A stretch of DNA of 33,330 nt from Sphaeroforma arctica JP610 (taxonomy: Eukaryota), in contig NW_014040396.1 in NCBI RefSeq assembly GCF_001186125.1, positions 96,265 through 129,594 of the forward strand. The letters are read 5' to 3'. The translations under genes and the position numbers were made by a program. A model generated the notes under the pieces. That model made no database searches, was not told where the DNA came from, and saw only the letters and a program-made list of their open reading frames with translations. Positions 27,705 through 33,330 of the stretch are shown here, one piece after another (within the stretch, counting starts at the first letter, position 1; the number at the start of each line of letters is the position of its first letter).

Positions 27705-30700
27705 TATATATATATACATACATATATATATATATGTGTGTGTGTTTGTATGCGAGTGTGTGTGTGTGTTTGTGTGTATGTGTATATGTGTATGTGTGTG
27801 TATGTGTTTAAGCATGTATATATTTACTTGATCGACATCACAACCTTGCGCCCATGGCGATGACTTTACCTGCAAGCATCACAGAATTCAAGGCGAGAGA
27901 GCGTGTATTTACTGTCCCGTGTATCTATCTCCAGACCTGTCCGCTTCACGAGAGAGTCCATAACGGGTCAGACCTTACTCCAACCCGCAATTATACCCAC
28001 GAATGTTACCGCTGAGGACCAATCACAGAGACCAACCACGGCTAACAGGTAGATCGAGTCTTGTGCAGACTTTGCTCTAAAGAAAAGTGGTATTGAATGT
28101 CACATAGGCACGTTAAATGGTCGTGTTTGTTAAATCACACGCTTCTTGTACATGGACAAGGTGTGGAGATCTGGGTGATGTGAAGGTAGACACTGACTTT
28201 TGTAGTGAGCTGCGCAGCTAGTCTGTAATCCCTTTCTATACGAAAGGATCAGTAAGTATATTCATTTGGTTACAAACCTGCGAATTTGCACTCAAAAGCA
28301 GCAAAAATCCATGAGTACATATTGGTTCAGCAGGTCAACAAGTATAAGAAGGTAACTTTTGTATAATCTTGGCATAATGTATAGGTGTACAGAATCATGA
28401 CTTTCTCATTTAACCTTGGTCTGATATGTATAGCAAGATAGGTCTGGAACCAAAATCCAAGTTTCAAGTAAAACTGGGTCAAGTCCAAAGATACTATATT
28501 TTAAGCAGACGCTAGTGTTTACATATTGGCAAACACATAAGATAAGCCTTGCAGGAGTACTTAGGGTTCAGCCAACTACCACATAACTCTTTCTCCCGCT
28601 TTTACTGTCTCATATTAGTAATAAAGTCACTAATAACCAGCCTTGCAATACTAGTGAATTTGCACTTACAAGCTACACCACCTGTTTGCCAGGCCTACGC
28701 GACTACCGACGGGACAGGCGCCCACCATCACGCGCAGAGACGCCTCACAGTCAGTCACAGCCGAACGAATACTGCTCTCTGCAAGTGGTGTCGGAGAGGC
28801 TCAGGATTTACTCCGAGTCGCGAATATAGTCAACAATCTACCAGGGAACACTCGGGCGCAGGGGGCATTGTTGCACGGGACAAACAGGTAACGAGGGCTG
28901 TTTTCAAACAACTGTGTAAGTGTAAACGGCACGGCAATCATGCCTTCTACATTGACGTAGATGGTGGTTGAACTTGCGGAGGGTGTCGAGTGCAGTCTTG
29001 CAGAAGACGCGGTTGATCCGGTTACCATCGCGATCCTGGTCAATGTCCGACACGACCATGAACGTGTGGGGTGTACTGACGACAGAGGGGCTACTACTAA
29101 ACCTTAAAACCCTAAACTCTAAAACAGGGTATATTGCACCCACTTTCATGTAGTCTTCATCATGTGCTCACTTTGCAATTATGTATATGCTGAGTCCGAA
29201 GAAGTCCTGCAGCGCATGTGACACAGAGACCAACGGATTTTAGATTCAATACATTGACCCACTCATTTTCATGGCGCTCGCATATCTACCTACATTATTG
29301 ATATAACACGCATATAAATCTTGAAGACGCCTAGTTGCACATGAAGGTACACCAACGAGTGCTGGTAGTGATACGTATCACGTTAACACCCACATGCCCT
29401 TCTCGAGTAGTGATTTGATTTGATATATCTTATACAGAGATTATATAGTGTCAGGCGGTCTATTTAGTATGCGCACCAACGAATACTGTGAGCTTGCTGT
29501 CATTCTCACATACATAGTATGAGATAGGGTTTCAAGATAACTGTCACTTCAGCATTTGATTAAATGTTCTGACAAACACACGGATCTTTTAGAAACCGTG
29601 CAGCGCATATAGCATATGAACCAATGAGCTATGCTACTATTCCAATCACATACACACATACAAAGTGTTGAACTCACCATGAAGCTGTAGCTAAAACAGT
29701 TAATTGATTGCTGGAACATACCCAATTATGTCATAGGAGCCCTGCAGCCTATATAGCACGAGCACCAACGCGAGGAGTGGTGATAGATGTGCAGAGCGGT
29801 CGTCCGGTGTGGCAGCGAAGAGATTCGCAAGGTGGCGATGAGCACGACACGCACACACAAACAGCTCAGTCATCACAGATATATGGGTGTGTGTGCGTAT
29901 GTAGTGTATAGGGTGTATGCTAATGTATTTTCCGGATTCATAGGTGTGTATGGATGCCTTCTATAGCGGGTAAATTAATCCATGTATCGGATACATCAGT
30001 GTGTTTGGATGTCATAAATAACATAATCATAGAAAAAAAAGATGTTTATACGGATATACGAGTTTGTGGATGTCATGCCTCAGTCATCTCAGAGATACAT
30101 GGGTCGGTATGGCTGTGTGCGGGATGTATTCTCGCGGGTCTGGCAGATATATGAGTGTGTATGAACATTGGGTGTATTATGTGACCTAGCGCATTCCCGG
30201 TAGATGGTTGTTTTTGGATGCCGTGCTAGCGTATGCATAATGTAACCATTCAATATATGGGCATCGAGTTGTGTGTGAAATGATTATTAGCACATCTGGA
30301 TCGAATCCTATTTTCCAGAGGGTTGTGTATCTATAGATTTGTACTATCGTGACCGGGGTATAGTGAGTGCTCGCGACCTGCAGCGCAGCTTGGGTTTGCA
30401 TGTATCGTCTACTTATATTTGTACATTTCCCACACAGCTCTGACAATGTACATTTACATTGTAAACGGAGTGATATATGCTGAAGTATGTGTATATCTAT
30501 AAACAGATAATGTCGTGCACATTTAAGTTTGTGAAGCACGTATAGCTTTGTACATATTCCTTTAATTAAGTATGGCTCGAATGAAAACATAGGCTTAAAT
30601 GTTATTATATATCCACACTTTCATCGGCACTCATGCTTATTCATAGCAATTATGCCAACTTCGCTAGATTATTTAGACGAGTGAGTAGATACACATGAGA

Positions 30701-33201
30701 ATTTGGAAAGACTCTACTTACAACAGATCACCTGCATACGTTAATTTGGGATGTTTGTCTACATGTATGCTATCATATCTGAACATGCGATTCAAACATA
30801 TATTATCTGGCTACCCCTTTGTGCCGCTTCTCCACAGTAGCCCACATGTTTACCCATAAAGCTCAGACCTAGATCAACGAATTGTAACGTAACTAACATC
30901 ACAATATACAATCCGTATGTATTTTACTCTACTTACTTGTAGTTCTCTCAAGCAACGTATCCTGTCCTACCTGTACCGCCGAGCGCTTGCCCGCGACTGC
31001 GGTGCAACAAAGCCTTCCGACACAGCCTTAGAGTTATTAAAACATGGCAAGGAAGACGATCCAGCCACAGCCAAACAGGGTAGGACATCGGAAGGAAAGA
31101 CAAGTACAACCTCACACACACGTGTGGATAGGCGTACACGGGTGCGTAATTCAGCATACACACCAACGATAACTACGCGGGAGGATGTGGAGGTAGGCCC
31201 GGGTGATTTTTCTGGTCAACGGACGCATGCTAACGAGTCGGAACCAAGAGAAGGATTGACCCACGAACCCGAAGTAGAAGAAACGCGGACTAGCGCAGGC
31301 GAAGCAATCGGAGAGCAGAGCAAGCCAGAGAAAGGAGAAATGCTGCCAACAAGTGAGATTGAGGAAGGAACACGTGGCGGTGGTAAGGATAATGTGCAGT
31401 TGTTCTTGCGCAACATAGAGAGTTATGAGAATCTTGCGATCCTGAAAGCCCAGCTCATAGATGACGACCACCTGCTCATACGTATGGGAGACGCATCTGT
31501 GGTCCAGACATCCCCTGGAACAAAATATAGTAAGTATGTAGTTTGTTTGGGTAGTGAATGGGATAGACATAGAGCGGACCAATCACACCTGTGAGTATAC
31601 TATCGATATGAAATATAAATGATAGAAACTGACATGAACGTTCACATGTAGTCGCATGGGAGATGTATCTCTGGTGTAGACATCTCCCAAAACAAACTAC
31701 AGTATACATGATACTAATTTTAAAGACTATATATACACTGTAAGCTCTCTAAATGACGAGTAAGTGATTGTATCTGAGACGACTAACCACACGTACAAGC
31801 AAGGGAGGCACATTTCTGAGCCAACCAACTATGATAGTGACGAAGAAGACAAATCACTAATTGTGATACAGCTTCATTACGACCAAGTACTTGGTGTAGA
31901 AGGGTAGTCGATTCATCAGTGGTAAATATTACTGATCATGATATACAGCTCAGCATCATCTCCAACTAGTTGTGTACGGCACACCCCACAGTCAGGTCTT
32001 CAGTGTAACTACAGCGATATAGTCTATGTGTATACTGCTGAGCACGCACCTACTTTACCACACAGCTCTGCATCAGTTGCTATCAGTCGTGTTCACTATT
32101 TCGTACAGTCAAATGCTTAGTGTAAAACGACAGGCTAACACCATATACGTATCTCCTACATATTAATAGTAAATATCGCAGACAAACCTTTTCACCATAT
32201 CACATAGCTCAGTACTACCTGCTGTTTGGTGGAGTACACTATACTCCACATTCAGTTGCTCAATGTGCAACACCCATCTACTATCACACGCAATGTTATC
32301 AATACATCGAATACAATGTTATTGACGATACATTCATACCATACCACAGCTCAGCATCATTTGCTGTTGGTTGTGTACAACATACCTTACGGCCAGGTGC
32401 TCAGTGTGCACCAGAACGACTCGATTGCGCTGGCGAATGCGCTAACCTGTGCGGGGGATACGTTGTACGCTGACGACGTACCACACAGTGCAAACAGGTG
32501 AGCGAGTGTTCTTACTTTAACATGCAGTTGCTAGGTTACGGTAACTGTGTATAAAATATGTTACGATAGCTGTCCAGGGGCGGGAAAACGGGCTTGTATT
32601 GAAATGTTCAGACCTCACATATACATGTTTCAACGTATTGGTATAGTAAGTAATATATATACAAATTCACGTATACGTTTGTTTATACTTTTGTGCGATA
32701 AATATTTGCCAGACACATCTCGGAAACACATGCGCATGTAAACTTATGTACAAAAGCAATCAGTGTATTTTGAGCGAAAGCTGTCGCCCGCATGAATCAG
32801 CGTGTATCCGGCTATCAATTCAATAGATATCTATAAGGACCTGGAGGAAAAGGTATGGATGAATAAGCAGCATGTCACTCTTTCAGCAGTTCCAATCCAA
32901 CATTTAGATGGCGTAAATTTCTAGTGACCTAATCTGTATCCATGTCGTACTTTCTCAAGTGTCTTGCTTTATCTATAAACCATTCTCTCGCTCTCAGTAG
33001 TTTACTCAGTTGAACTATTTATATGCACGTAGTCTTGGGGCGAGGAGTGCTCTTCTGAAGGCATACAACGGCATACGCATGGCAAGTAGTGGAGGTAACA
33101 CGGCTGCTCGGAGACACATAGTGTCTAAGTACCCAGTAACTGCACAGCAACACTCAATCAGCCCCTACTATGACCCGGATATGTACAGCTACGATGACAC
33201 G
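21623..33201 (+). CDS. DET1: DET1 (de-etiolated 1) orthologue; spliced and 3'-truncated, exons 21623-22030(?), 23613-23776, 24329-24554, 25135-25509, 26134-26654, 27935-28048, 28693-28887, 29737-29886, 30943-31529, 32350-32497, 33033-33201
   Basis: Phase-consistent GT-AG chain with DET1 motifs in the expected order (compared with animal DET1 from memory): RSMYQNVVPN, LSRFSRTGKYLVSF, LFTPDDKYLV, DNIVLS, IGQFCNEND, SLKQRILSYLYRRA, ILKAQLIDDDHLLI, LVVYNI..GQVLSV, GGNTAARR..YPVTAQQHSISPYYDPDMYSYDD. Confidence 0.92.
23613..23776 (+). CDS. DET1: DET1 exon (conserved N-terminus; not in ORF track)
   Basis: RPSAWYRRPTKQSANLWTKVMQRQTICSGRPGHMRSSVYHGTRSMYQNVVPNTQ; tcttctctacag acceptor, gtaagt donor. 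Confidence 0.85.
24329..24554 (+). CDS. DET1: DET1 exon
   Basis: RGITRDQDSSLSRFSRTGKYLVSFDKSKRSITLHHF...FSNFF; gtgagt donor. Confidence 0.85.
25135..25509 (+). CDS. DET1: DET1 exon
   Basis: EKLCPDIGLFTPDDKYLVLMS...PLRHYNIHVV...DNIVLSDYGCGPHL...IVSLCKQ; cccttgcag acceptor, gtaagg donor. Confidence 0.9.
26134..26654 (+). CDS. DET1: DET1 exon (conserved start, then low-complexity insertion)
   Basis: SVRLYSINERTGALHEDGDIGQFCNENDY...; donor gtgact at 26655 (alternative gtgagt at 26485). Confidence 0.8.
27935..28048 (+). CDS. DET1: DET1 insertion exon (phase 2-2)
   Basis: ctatctccag acceptor, gtagat donor; open frame PVRFTRESITGQTLLQPAIIPTNVTAEDQSQRPTTAN. Confidence 0.6.
28693..28887 (+). CDS. 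DET1: DET1 insertion exon (phase 2-2)
   Basis: tgtttgccag acceptor, gtaacg donor; open frame PTRLPTGQAPTITRRDASQSVTAERILLSASG...LLHGTN. Confidence 0.6.
29737..29886 (+). CDS. DET1: DET1 insertion exon (phase 2-2)
   Basis: tcatag acceptor, gtgtgt donor; SPAAYIARAPTRGVVIDVQSGRPVWQRRDSQ...SQIYG joins SLKQRIL in frame. Confidence 0.65.
30943..31529 (+). CDS. DET1: DET1 exon
   Basis: SLKQRILSYLYRRA...[acidic insertion]...FLRNIESYENLAILKAQLIDDDHLLIRM; cttgtag acceptor, gtaagt donor. Confidence 0.92.
32350..32497 (+). CDS. DET1: DET1 exon
   Basis: QHHLLLVVYNIPYGQVLSVHQNDSIALANAL...PHSAN; ccacag acceptor, gtgagc donor. Confidence 0.88.
33033..33201 (+). CDS. DET1: DET1 exon (gene continues beyond the window)
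   Basis: LGARSALLKAYNGIRMASSGGNTAARRHIVSKYPVTAQQHSISPYYDPDMYSYDDT; phase-compatible acceptor cacgtag, gtatgt donor. Confidence 0.9.
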
Positions 33202-33330
33202 GTATGTATACTTCGAAAGTAATGATTCTCAAGTATGCCAGCATATATATATATATATTGTGTGTGTGTGTGTGTGTGTGTGTGTGATATACATATACAT
33301 ATACATATATACATATACATATATACATAC

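Overview
Intron-rich eukaryotic draft sequence with GT-AG introns, (TA)n/(CA)n microsatellites and six N gaps; no prokaryotic features. I assembled four genes by hand from splice sites and exon phases. (1) A 5'-truncated RGS-LOV gene (+, exons 154-429, 1174-1443, 1953-2121, 2961-3077, 3809-3955). It joins a regulator-of-G-protein-signalling domain in frame to a LOV domain with an intact GRNCRFLQG photoactive Cys motif, so it is a candidate blue-light-regulated G-alpha GAP. The fusion is invisible in the ORF track. (2) A multi-exon RCC1-repeat beta-propeller gene (+, ~4.6-15.25 kb). (3) An intronless 455-aa polytopic membrane protein with two FUSC/ArAE/ALMT-like halves (-, 16129-17496). (4) A DET1 (de-etiolated 1, CUL4-DDB1 ubiquitin ligase adaptor) orthologue with large insertions (+, ~21.6 kb, running past the window end). 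Also present: a 406-bp MITE-like element with TIRs and an 8-bp TSD, intronic minisatellites that repeatedly duplicate splice junctions, and scattered telomere-like TTTTAGGG/AAACCCT motifs. All exon boundaries are manual predictions without RNA evidence.
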